A DNA stretch of 64,000 nt from Candidatus Sericytochromatia bacterium (GTDB lineage: Bacteria > Cyanobacteriota > Sericytochromatia > S15B-MN24 > JAQBPE01), in assembly GCA_035285325.1 (NCBI GenBank), contig JAYKJB010000009.1, positions 10,910-74,909 of the forward strand, read 5' to 3'. Under the pieces are notes generated by a model that was not told where the DNA came from, did not search any database, and saw only the letters and a program-made list of their open reading frames with translations. Of this stretch, positions 45,370-53,704 are shown one piece after another. Positions within the stretch are counted from its first letter, which is position 1. Each line of letters starts with the position of its first letter. The translations under genes and the position numbers were made by a program.

Positions 45370-46824
45370 ATGCGACTTCTGATTGCCGCCGTGGCACTTA
45401 CCCTTCTCGCGGCCCCAGCGCTCGGCGCCTCGATCGCGCCTGCCCAGGTCCGCAAGCTGGAGCAGGCACGCGAATCGTACCTGGCCAGCCTGCCGCGTCC
45501 GATCAGCGCTCAGGACTGGGAGGCCCGCTATCGCGCCCCGCGCTGGTTCTGGGAAGCCCCCCCGCAAGGGCCGCTGGCCGACTATGAGACGCTGGTAAAG
45601 GAAACGGCCCAGACCGCGCAGGTGGGGGACCCGGGCGACCCCTATTTCAGGCGGAAAGCCATCTGGGTTCGTCCCTACGCAGCGGATGCGATCGACCTGC
45701 GGGTGCTGGAGGTCCTGGACCGCGCGCAAGCGATGGGCATCACCGAGATCTACCTCGAGACCTTCTATCACGGCCGCGTGTCCTACCTCGGCAGCCAGGT
45801 GTTCCCAGCGCGCTGGCCCAAGCTGAATGTGGCTCGGGTCTATGCGCGCGAAGCTCACCACCGCGGCATGAAAATTTACGCGTGGCTGCACGCCTTGCGT
45901 TGGGGCGAAGACCAGATTCAGAGCGGCTGGGTCGAGGGCGTGACCAACGGTTATGGGGACACCCCTCTGGCCGCCGAAGGGCCCGGTTCTGCCTTCGTCT
46001 CGCCCTCGTCCCCGCAGGTGGGGGAGCGGCTGGGGGCGCTGCTGGAGGAAGTGGGACAGCTGGGCTATTTTGATGGGGTCTGGCTGGATTATATGCGCTA
46101 TCCGGTGGCAGCCAAATCCCGCACCGGTCATCCGGATCCGAGAGACTTCTGGGGGTACTCGCCAGCCACGGTGACGGCGTTACGCAGCAAGCGCAAGGAC
46201 CTTGACACGGCTGAGTTCCGACACTTCCTGACCGATGGTGATGCCCCGAGCGAACAGACCCGCCAGCGCTGGCTGACGGCCTGGCGAGGCTTTTTGAGTG
46301 ACGAACTGCGGGACCTGATCGCCAACTTGCGGACCCGCCTACCGGCGTCGGTGAAGTACGGCCTGGTGTTTCATCCCAGCAGCTACATGCGCGGTCACGA
46401 CGTTCGCGCCCAGGACGCCCTGGCCTGGACGCCGCTGTTCGATGAACTCGCACCGATGTGCTATGCGTTCGATCCAGAACTGGATCCGGTCGACGCGAGC
46501 CAGCTTCGCTCCACCATCGACAAGGAACTGGCCTCGGTCGATGACCATCTGGCTGCCCTGCCAGGGCGACGTCCGGCCCTGGTTGTGGCCCTGGCAGCCG
46601 AACCGCAGCCCGGTACCCCGCGCGTCCAACCACCGCGTCGCCACTGGCCGGTCAGCGCGCAGGTAGCCTACCTGAAGGGGCGCCGGGTCGAAGGGGCATT
46701 CCACCACGTGGAAGGCGTGGCACTGTTCAATTATGGCTGGCTCTGGCCGGCCTCGGACGCCTCGCGCCGGGCCAGCGACGACCCGTGGACCGGTGCTGGT
46801 CGAGGCGGGCGTCCCCCGCTATAA
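45370..46824 (+). CDS. glycoside-hydrolase-like family 10 (YngK/YddW-type) secreted protein
   Basis: Signal peptide MRLLIAAVALTLLAAPALGA. A TIM-barrel-like domain follows, with ITEIYLETFYHGRVSY, KIYAWLHALRWG and GVWLDYMRYP blocks. Confidence 0.7.
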   Translation: MRLLIAAVALTLLAAPALGASIAPAQVRKLEQARESYLASLPRPISAQDWEARYRAPRWFWEAPPQGPLADYETLVKETAQTAQVGDPGDPYFRRKAIWVRPYAADAIDLRVLEVLDRAQAMGITEIYLETFYHGRVSYLGSQVFPARWPKLNVARVYAREAHHRGMKIYAWLHALRWGEDQIQSGWVEGVTNGYGDTPLAAEGPGSAFVSPSSPQVGERLGALLEEVGQLGYFDGVWLDYMRYPVAAKSRTGHPDPRDFWGYSPATVTALRSKRKDLDTAEFRHFLTDGDAPSEQTRQRWLTAWRGFLSDELRDLIANLRTRLPASVKYGLVFHPSSYMRGHDVRAQDALAWTPLFDELAPMCYAFDPELDPVDASQLRSTIDKELASVDDHLAALPGRRPALVVALAAEPQPGTPRVQPPRRHWPVSAQVAYLKGRRVEGAFHHVEGVALFNYGWLWPASDASRRASDDPWTGAGRGGRPPL

Positions 46825-46852
46825 TTGACACTTTCAAGGAGTCGTCGTTTTC

Positions 46853-48115
46853 ATGGCGGGCGAAGTCCACGTCAATTGCACGATGTGCCATGCCCTGGCA
46901 GGGGACCAGTGCAGTCTGCACGGCGTCGAGATCGAAAATCCGGCCTACACGGTCTGCGCCCAGTTCCGCGCCCCTGATGAGGCAGCGGATTCACCGCCTC
47001 ATCGCTTGCCGGGTCTGGCTGATCTCAGTCCGGACTGGATCTACGAAATCGACACGACCGGGGAGCCGACCCCCTTGGTGCAGGTGGCGCGCCGTCGCCG
47101 CAACCGTCCCTCCACGGGCAAGCTCCCTCCCGCCTCCGACCTCAGGGCTGCGCAGCCTGAGCGCGGGCAAACGGATCTGGTGGACCGCTTTCGAGGGGCG
47201 CTGCTGGGGCTGGCCGCCGGGGAGGCGCTCGGATTTCCTGCGGAGGGTCGCTCACCGCAAGACATCGAGATGATCTACGGCGGTCCGCTAGCCGGCATGA
47301 CCGCACGCATCGGCCGACGCCACACCTGGCCCGTGGGCCAGGGCGCCAAAGATACCCAGCTGGTGCAGCTTGTGGGCCAGTCCCTGCTCGAAGCACACGG
47401 CGCCCTCGATGCCGATGACCTGGCCGAACGACTGGTGCGCTGGCTGCCTGCCGCCCTGAAACCAGGCAAATCGACCATCGCCGCCATCGAGTCTCTGGCA
47501 GAGGGTCATCATTGGTGCGTCAGCGGGGTCGACTCGAACGGGGCAGGCGGCACGACCCGGGTGGTCCCGCTGGCCCTGCTACGACACCGACAACTCGGGC
47601 GCCTGCGTCAGGAAGCCGTGTTGCAATGTCTGCTCACCCACACCGGGGCGAAATCCCTGGCCGGCACCGTGCTGTTTGCCACGGCGATCGCCTCGCTGGT
47701 CGAGACCCCGCCCGGCCGCTTGCATCGTGCCGCCTGGATGTCCCTGCTGGAACGAGCCATTCGCGGCATCGACTTGGAAGCATCCGCCCGGCTGCACGAG
47801 GTGACGCTGGCGCTCGATGATGGGCAAGCCCCACACGCCGTGCTGGGCCGGTTCAAGACCGGCGGCTTCGTGCTCGAGTGCCTGCCCTCCGCGCTGTACT
47901 GTTTTCTACGCTGGCCTCAGGATCCCGTCCGGGCGGTGCTCACTGCCGTCAACGCTGGTTTCGACGCCTGTGCCACGGGCGCGATGACCGGTGCGCTCGC
48001 CGGAGCCTACCTGGGACTCAGCGGGCTGCCGGAGGCCTGGTCCCGCGCCCTTCCGGTGACCGACCCGTTGCTCCGCCTGGCCGATCAGCTGCACGCGCTG
48101 GCTGAGGAGACCTGA
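46853..48115 (+). CDS. ADP-ribosylglycohydrolase (DraG/ARH family) with N-terminal Cys4 zinc-ribbon-like extension
   Basis: The ARH domain begins DLVDRFRGALLGLAAGEALGFP and includes GAGGTTRVVPLAL and ACATGAMTGALAGAYLG. About 120 aa precede it, including CTMCHALAGDQCSLHGVEIENPAYTVC. Confidence 0.8.
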   Translation: MAGEVHVNCTMCHALAGDQCSLHGVEIENPAYTVCAQFRAPDEAADSPPHRLPGLADLSPDWIYEIDTTGEPTPLVQVARRRRNRPSTGKLPPASDLRAAQPERGQTDLVDRFRGALLGLAAGEALGFPAEGRSPQDIEMIYGGPLAGMTARIGRRHTWPVGQGAKDTQLVQLVGQSLLEAHGALDADDLAERLVRWLPAALKPGKSTIAAIESLAEGHHWCVSGVDSNGAGGTTRVVPLALLRHRQLGRLRQEAVLQCLLTHTGAKSLAGTVLFATAIASLVETPPGRLHRAAWMSLLERAIRGIDLEASARLHEVTLALDDGQAPHAVLGRFKTGGFVLECLPSALYCFLRWPQDPVRAVLTAVNAGFDACATGAMTGALAGAYLGLSGLPEAWSRALPVTDPLLRLADQLHALAEET

Positions 48116-48219
48116 CCGACGTCGATGCTGCCGGAAGCCTCTGCTGGCTCCTGACTCTCCGTCCCGCCCCCCTTATGCTGGAGGCGGGTCGCGTGCAGGC
48201 CGGTGCACAAGGGGGGCAG

Positions 48220-48822
48220 ATGGAACACGACATTCTCGGCGCCAGGGTCCATACCCACGATGGCGAGGCGGGACGGGTCACGCGAATCGTGGTGAGCGCC
48301 GCCAAGCCCTGCGTCAGCCAGCTGGTCGTGCGCCGCCCCCCACCCGGCGAGCGGGAAGTGCTGGTGCCCACCTCCCTGATCGCCCTGACATGCGAGCAGA
48401 CGCTGTGGTTGGATTGCAGCCTGGCAGACCTCGCCAGCATGCCTGATTACGACGCCGACCGGTTTGAAGAAGCCAACCCCGCCTGGCCCGTGCCCGTGGC
48501 CTTGCCCTTCGGGGGAATCTGGTGGGCCCCTCATCTGGAAGCGCCCCACGCGGACGCGGGGGAGCAGCGCGGCCCCAAGGGACTGGAGGTGAGCCTCGTC
48601 CGGGGCACGCCCGTTACCTGCACGGATGGTGGCTGCGGCCGGATGGAGAACGTGCTGCTGGATGATGACAGTCACGCCCTGACCGCCCTCGTGATCCGGC
48701 AGGGGCTATTCTTTCCCCGCGACCTGGCAGCCCCGAGTGACTGGATCGATCACATGGACAACAGCGGAATCCACCTGAAGCTGAGCTGCCAGCAACTCGA
48801 TGAGCGTGCCGAATACTACTGA
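48220..48822 (+). CDS. PRC-barrel domain protein (two tandem PRC barrels)
   Basis: Two PRC-like blocks: ILGARVHTHDGEAGRVTRIVV and RGTPVTCTDGGCGRMENVLLDDDSHALTALVIRQG. The track ORF starts at 48175. Confidence 0.65.
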   Translation: MEHDILGARVHTHDGEAGRVTRIVVSAAKPCVSQLVVRRPPPGEREVLVPTSLIALTCEQTLWLDCSLADLASMPDYDADRFEEANPAWPVPVALPFGGIWWAPHLEAPHADAGEQRGPKGLEVSLVRGTPVTCTDGGCGRMENVLLDDDSHALTALVIRQGLFFPRDLAAPSDWIDHMDNSGIHLKLSCQQLDERAEYY

Positions 48823-48843
48823 GCCACCCGGTCATCCGCCCCT

Positions 48844-49695
48844 TCAGGCGCGATAGTTGCGGACGAGTACCTCGTTGACCGGCCCCCGCTTGCTCGCGTC
48901 ACGGTTGACCAGGCGAGGGGCCGCCACGATCTCCACCAAGTAATCCCGATACAACTCCTGAATGTAAGGGGTGTCGGAGTTGCTCAACATCACCTTGCAG
49001 CCTCGCAAGGAGAGCGTGCGGAATACCTCGGCCAGCTGGCGCTGATCCCGCGCATCGAAGGCCCCCGCCGTGTAGCCGGTGAAATTCGCCGTGCTGGAAA
49101 CCGGGTGATAGGGGGGATCGAAATAGATGAAGTCCCCGCGGCGGGCCCTCAACAGAACTTGCTCGTAACCCTGGTGTGCCAGCCCCGTGCCGCGCAAGGC
49201 CGCCGAGGCAGCCCGCAAGCCCACCTCGTTGCAGATCTGTGGATTCTTGTAGCGACCGAAGGGAACGTTGAAGGCGCCTCGCGAATTGACACGATACAGG
49301 CCGTTGAAGCAGGTCCGGTTGAGAAAGATCAGGCGCGAGGCGCGCTCGATGCCATCTAGCTGGCGCACATCGAGGGCGCGAATGGCGTAATAGTAATCCT
49401 CGTCCGCACGATGGCCCCGCAAATGGCGAATCAACCGCTCCACATCATCGCGAATGACCTGATAGGTGTGAACCAATTCCGCGTTTTCATCGGAAAGATG
49501 AGCCCGCACCGGTTGCAGCGCAAAAAACACCGCGCCGCCGCCAACGAATGGCTCGTGATAAGAATTAAAACGAGCTGGAAGACGCCCCGTAATCTGAGGC
49601 AATAATGATCGCTTCCCTCCAACCCATTTTACAAATGGTGCGGCATCAGGAATTCGAACTTGAATTGCTGAATTTTTGATTGCGGCTTGTGGCAT
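48844..49695 (-). CDS. Dam-family DNA N6-adenine methyltransferase (D12 class), orphan
   Basis: Motifs FVKWVGGKRSLL, EPFVGGGAVFF and FIYFDPPYHP (DPPY). The 5' ~250 nt of the gene is conspicuously AT-rich compared with the rest. Confidence 0.85.
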   Translation of the reverse strand: MPQAAIKNSAIQVRIPDAAPFVKWVGGKRSLLPQITGRLPARFNSYHEPFVGGGAVFFALQPVRAHLSDENAELVHTYQVIRDDVERLIRHLRGHRADEDYYYAIRALDVRQLDGIERASRLIFLNRTCFNGLYRVNSRGAFNVPFGRYKNPQICNEVGLRAASAALRGTGLAHQGYEQVLLRARRGDFIYFDPPYHPVSSTANFTGYTAGAFDARDQRQLAEVFRTLSLRGCKVMLSNSDTPYIQELYRDYLVEIVAAPRLVNRDASKRGPVNEVLVRNYRA

Positions 49696-49986
49696 AACGC
49701 CACTTTAATTACATAAGCCACCGGACTGCTGTACCTATTGTCACAAGGGCTTTCACATTTTTGACGAATGAATCACTGTGACCATTGCACAGATAAATAC
49801 AGTCAGTGATAGATTCACCAATGACTGATTTCGCCCCCCAGAAGCATCGATAACAAACATTATCTGGCAAGCAGAACACGAAGCGACCTTCCCGCCCATG
49901 CAGACCAGGTAATCATTGTTATATGGCCAAATCACCCGAGCGCGACGGCTTGGGCGTACAATGATGGCCCCGAAGGGAGGTTCCCC
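49696..49986. promoter_or_regulatory. AT-rich divergent control region (Dam MTase on one side, VOC/photolyase on the other) with palindromic operators
   Basis: By eye the region is close to 45% G+C. It contains the palindrome GATAAC-AAAC-ATTATC (49849-49864), the inverted repeat TGTCACA ... TGTGAC (49739-49782) and a TACAAT -10-like hexamer near 49957. Confidence 0.4.
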
Positions 49987-50355
49987 ATGTTTCTTCACGT
50001 GCGGCTCAAGGTTCGCGATATGGCGCGTGCGATCCAGTTTTACACGTCCCACCTGGGTTTCAGCCTGCGCGACAATGCCACGTCGCCCCGCGGTTCGCAA
50101 CTCGCTTTCCTGACCCACCCGGACAGCCCGACCGAACTGGAACTGGCCTACCTGCCCTGGGATCCCGACTTTCAGCTGCCGGAGGACATCTTTCATCTGG
50201 CGTTTTCGGTCCCACGGATGGACGAGGCGCTGGCCGCCTTGCGTGCGGCCGGTGTGAAGGTCACGGAGGAAGCCAGTCCCCGCCGGCACGGCGGTTTCAT
50301 GGCGTTCATCGAGGATCCGGACGGCTACGAGATCGAGCTGCTTTCGGAGGCCTGA
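49987..50355 (+). CDS. VOC-family (glyoxalase/bleomycin-resistance/dioxygenase fold) protein
   Basis: GGGAGG RBS. 122 aa, with the glyoxalase-like blocks MFLHVRLKVRDMARAIQFYTSHLGF...HLAFSV...GYEIELL. Confidence 0.8.
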   Translation: MFLHVRLKVRDMARAIQFYTSHLGFSLRDNATSPRGSQLAFLTHPDSPTELELAYLPWDPDFQLPEDIFHLAFSVPRMDEALAALRAAGVKVTEEASPRRHGGFMAFIEDPDGYEIELLSEA

Positions 50356-50357
50356 AC

Positions 50358-51839
50358 GTGATGTCCGTCCCCGTCTTGGCCGAGCGCCTGCGCCCCCTGA
50401 ATGCCGCCCCCCCTTGTCCGGAGCGTGCTTACGTCCTCTACTGGATGGTCGCCTACCGCCGCCTCGGCTGGAACCTGGCGCTGCAGCGAGCGGTGGAACT
50501 GGCCAACCAGTTTCAAGTGCCACTGGTGATCCTGGAAACCATGCGGGTGGGGCACCACCTGATGAACGATCGGATGCACCGCTTCGTGCTGGATGGCATG
50601 GCGGACCAGGCCGCCGCCCTCGCGGGGCGCCCAGGGGTGGTATACCGGGCCCACGTGGAGTTGCGACCTGGGGAGCAGGACGGCTTGCTCGAGTGCCTGG
50701 CCCAGGACGCCTGCGCGGTGGTGACGGATGATTGGCCGGGGTTCTTCGTGCCCGCCTTGCAGGCGGCCGCCGCCCAGCGCCTGCCGGTGCGGGTGGAAGC
50801 CGTGGATGGGAATGGCTTGATGCCGCTGTCCGCCTCACCGTCGCCCTTCCCCACCGCCCACGGCTTCCGTCGCCACCTGCACAAGACCCTACCGGGCCTG
50901 TTGCCGCGCGATCGTTTTCCGAGCGCCGCCCCGCTGGAGGCGTTGCGGGCCACCGTGCGTCCTGACCTGCAGGCTCGGCTGGAGGCCTGGCCCGAACCCT
51001 CCCCGGCCCTGCTGGAAGGCACGCCCGGCTGGGCCGAAGCCATCGCGATCGACCATACCGTCGGGCCCGTGCCGGGGGTTCGAGGGGGAGAACAGGCCGG
51101 GCGCCTGCTGTTGCGTCGGTTCGTGAGTGAACGACTGGCTCGCTATCAGGAGGATCGGAACGAACCAGGGCTGGCAGGAAGTAGCGGGCTATCACCCTAT
51201 CTCCACTTCGGCCATATCGGCGCCCACGAGGCGATCGCCGAAGTCTGGCAGTCGGAGGCCTGGACGCCTGAGCGCCTGGCTCCCAAGCCCACGGGGGCCA
51301 AGGCTGGCTGGTGGGGGCTGTCTGAGCCGGCAGAGGCTTTTCTGGATGAACTCATCACCTGGCGAGAAGTCGGCCTGAACGTGGCTCACACCCTACCGAG
51401 CCACGATCGCTATGAGAGCTTGCCGGCCTGGGCCCGCGCCACCCTCGCGAAACACGCGGGGGACCCCCGCCCCCACTGTTACAACCGCGCCAGGCTCGAA
51501 GCGGCCGCGACCCACGATCCCATCTGGAACGCCGCGCAGCGACAACTGTTGCGTGAAGGACGGATCCATAACTACATGCGCATGCTATGGGGCAAGAAGG
51601 TGCTGGAATGGTCGGCCAGCCCGCAGGAAGCCCTGGAGACCTTGCTGGAATTGAACGACCGCTGGGCCCTCGACGGTCGGGACCCCAACAGCGTCAGTGG
51701 CGTTTTCTGGTGCCTGGGGCGCTTCGACCGCGCCTGGGGACCGGAGCGCCCCATTTTCGGTACGATCCGCTACATGAGCTCTGACAACACCGCCCGCAAG
51801 TTGGACCTGAAGCCCTATCTGGCCCGCTACGGACGTTGA
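50358..51839 (+). CDS. deoxyribodipyrimidine photolyase, class II-like
   Basis: The start codon sits 2 nt after the VOC stop. N-terminus YVLYWMVAYRRLGWNLALQRAVELA. Class-II-like GLSPYLHFGHIG and C-terminal FAD-binding helical domain blocks. Confidence 0.75.
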   Translation: MMSVPVLAERLRPLNAAPPCPERAYVLYWMVAYRRLGWNLALQRAVELANQFQVPLVILETMRVGHHLMNDRMHRFVLDGMADQAAALAGRPGVVYRAHVELRPGEQDGLLECLAQDACAVVTDDWPGFFVPALQAAAAQRLPVRVEAVDGNGLMPLSASPSPFPTAHGFRRHLHKTLPGLLPRDRFPSAAPLEALRATVRPDLQARLEAWPEPSPALLEGTPGWAEAIAIDHTVGPVPGVRGGEQAGRLLLRRFVSERLARYQEDRNEPGLAGSSGLSPYLHFGHIGAHEAIAEVWQSEAWTPERLAPKPTGAKAGWWGLSEPAEAFLDELITWREVGLNVAHTLPSHDRYESLPAWARATLAKHAGDPRPHCYNRARLEAAATHDPIWNAAQRQLLREGRIHNYMRMLWGKKVLEWSASPQEALETLLELNDRWALDGRDPNSVSGVFWCLGRFDRAWGPERPIFGTIRYMSSDNTARKLDLKPYLARYGR

Positions 51840-51906
51840 AACCGGCCCGGCCACTCGGTGGCCTGCCGCACCTTTCCTCGTTACGCCCCGTTTTGCCAGG
51901 AACGCT

Positions 51907-53544
51907 GTGTTCCCCCAAGACCAGGTTGATACCATGAGCCGCTCACCTGCTCCTTCCCTGCCTGAGGCCACCACCCGCCTGCTCTCCGTGCGCAGCTTTC
52001 AGTGGTACGCGACCTTGGTCGCAAGCGCCCTGCTCCTCTGGCTCTACGCCATCATGGTCGGTAAGACCGGAGGCCGGCTGATTTACACCCTGGATGACCC
52101 TTACATCCATCTGGCCCTGGCTGAGAACATTTTGAGAGGCAGCTACGGCGTGAACCTCGGGGAACTGTGTGCCCCCTCCTCCTCCATTCTCTTTCCGTTT
52201 TTGCTGACCTTGCCCCTGGCGATGGGCTGGGGAGACCAGGCCCCCCTGCTCTACATCGTGCCTGCCACGCTCGGCACCGTCTGGCTCATGGCCGGCCTGG
52301 TCTGGCAAAACGCAGGCCCGGGCTTCGGACGCCTGGCCCCTCTGGCGTTTCTGGTCATTCCACCGGCCCTGATTCTGGCCCTCAACAGCCTGGCCCTGAT
52401 GTTCACTGGCATGGAACACCCTCTCCACGTGCTCGGCATGACCATGTTCCTGACAGGTCTGTATCAAGCCTTTCAGCCTGGCGGTCGGCCAACGTTGGCT
52501 GCCTGCGGCATCGCGCTGTGTGCGCTGATTCGTTTCGAGGGCCTGGCGATCGCCCCTTTCGGCCTGGTCGCCCTGTACCTCGCGGGGCACAGAAAGACGG
52601 CTTGGATACTGGGAGGGGGCCTGGCAGGGGTGCTCGGAGCCTACGCCAGTGCCATGTGGGCCTGGAATCTGCCCCTCCTCCCCAGTTCCGTGCTGACCAA
52701 ATCCCTCGCGGCCACGTCGCTCAGCGAGGGGCACGCCCTGGTGGGCCTGAAAACCGCCATCTGGGGCGTCTACTCCTCACTCGAGACCCGAACCGGGGCC
52801 TTGCTTGCGCTGGCCGCCTTGCTGTTCACGGCAGGACTCTTCCAGCGCGAAGGCCACGCCCGGCCGGCTCAGGTGATCCAGGGCCTGGCGCTCCTGACGA
52901 TCGGGGCGCACCTGTGTGCCGGCCACTTTGGCTTCTTCGCCCGCTATGAGGCTTACGTGGTGGCAACCGCGCTGTGTGCCGTGTTTCTGATTCCGCGAGA
53001 TTTCGGCCTCGGCCGGGGCGCCCTGGTGTCACTGACCAGCGTGCTCGGGATCTTGCTTGTGACCGGGCTGCCGTACTTCGCCCTGATCCTGCACACCCCG
53101 CCCGGCTCGCTGAATATCTATCAGCAGCAGTACCAGATGCATCGGTTTGCGACCGAGTACTTTCCGGAACCAGTCGCCATCAACGACCTGGGCTGGGTGG
53201 CATTTCAAAATGATCAGTACGTGCTCGACTTCATTGGGCTAGGCTCCGAACGGGCCCGACTGCTGACCCGTGCCGAGGGCCGCACGGTGGAGACCCTGCA
53301 ACGTCTTGTGCGCGAACACCACATCGCCTACGCCATGATCTACGACAGCTGGTTCCCGAATCGGCCCCCCTCCTGGCGCCACGTCGCGACCCTGCAGACG
53401 ATCCGGGTGCTGGCCGCCTCAGACAAGGTGGCTTTTTACCTGATCGCCCATGACCAGGAGGCGCGCATGCGGGCAGCCCTGCAGGCGTTTGCCAAGACCC
53501 TGCCGCCGGGGGCCAGCTTGACACTGACGGCTCCGACCCCGTAA
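51907..53544 (+). CDS. polytopic membrane protein, GT-C-like (putative membrane glycosyltransferase)
   Basis: About 11 TM helices. An early extracytoplasmic-loop motif YTLDDPYIHLALAENI resembles the GT-C DD/DE catalytic-loop signature. A soluble C-terminal domain follows. Confidence 0.5.
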   Translation: MFPQDQVDTMSRSPAPSLPEATTRLLSVRSFQWYATLVASALLLWLYAIMVGKTGGRLIYTLDDPYIHLALAENILRGSYGVNLGELCAPSSSILFPFLLTLPLAMGWGDQAPLLYIVPATLGTVWLMAGLVWQNAGPGFGRLAPLAFLVIPPALILALNSLALMFTGMEHPLHVLGMTMFLTGLYQAFQPGGRPTLAACGIALCALIRFEGLAIAPFGLVALYLAGHRKTAWILGGGLAGVLGAYASAMWAWNLPLLPSSVLTKSLAATSLSEGHALVGLKTAIWGVYSSLETRTGALLALAALLFTAGLFQREGHARPAQVIQGLALLTIGAHLCAGHFGFFARYEAYVVATALCAVFLIPRDFGLGRGALVSLTSVLGILLVTGLPYFALILHTPPGSLNIYQQQYQMHRFATEYFPEPVAINDLGWVAFQNDQYVLDFIGLGSERARLLTRAEGRTVETLQRLVREHHIAYAMIYDSWFPNRPPSWRHVATLQTIRVLAASDKVAFYLIAHDQEARMRAALQAFAKTLPPGASLTLTAPTP

Positions 53545-53632
53545 GGCCACGGAAGCAAGGTGCGGCGGGCGTCACGGAGTCAGAGAGGAATCAAGCCGCC
53601 ATCGGTGCCCAGGGCGCTCCGGACCGCCCGAC

Positions 53633-53667
53633 TTGAATTGTGCCCGCTGAGGAACTAAACTTAAGTT
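53633..53667 (+). promoter_or_regulatory. sigma70-like promoter with a perfect palindrome overlapping the -10
   Basis: TTGAAT, a 17-nt spacer, then TAAACT. The palindrome AACTTAAGTT (53658-53667) overlaps the -10 and the transcription start site. A GGGAGGAG RBS precedes ATG 53705. Confidence 0.45.
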
Positions 53668-53704
53668 AGGCTGAATCTTTCGTTAAGGTAGGGAGGAGCA
53701 TCCG

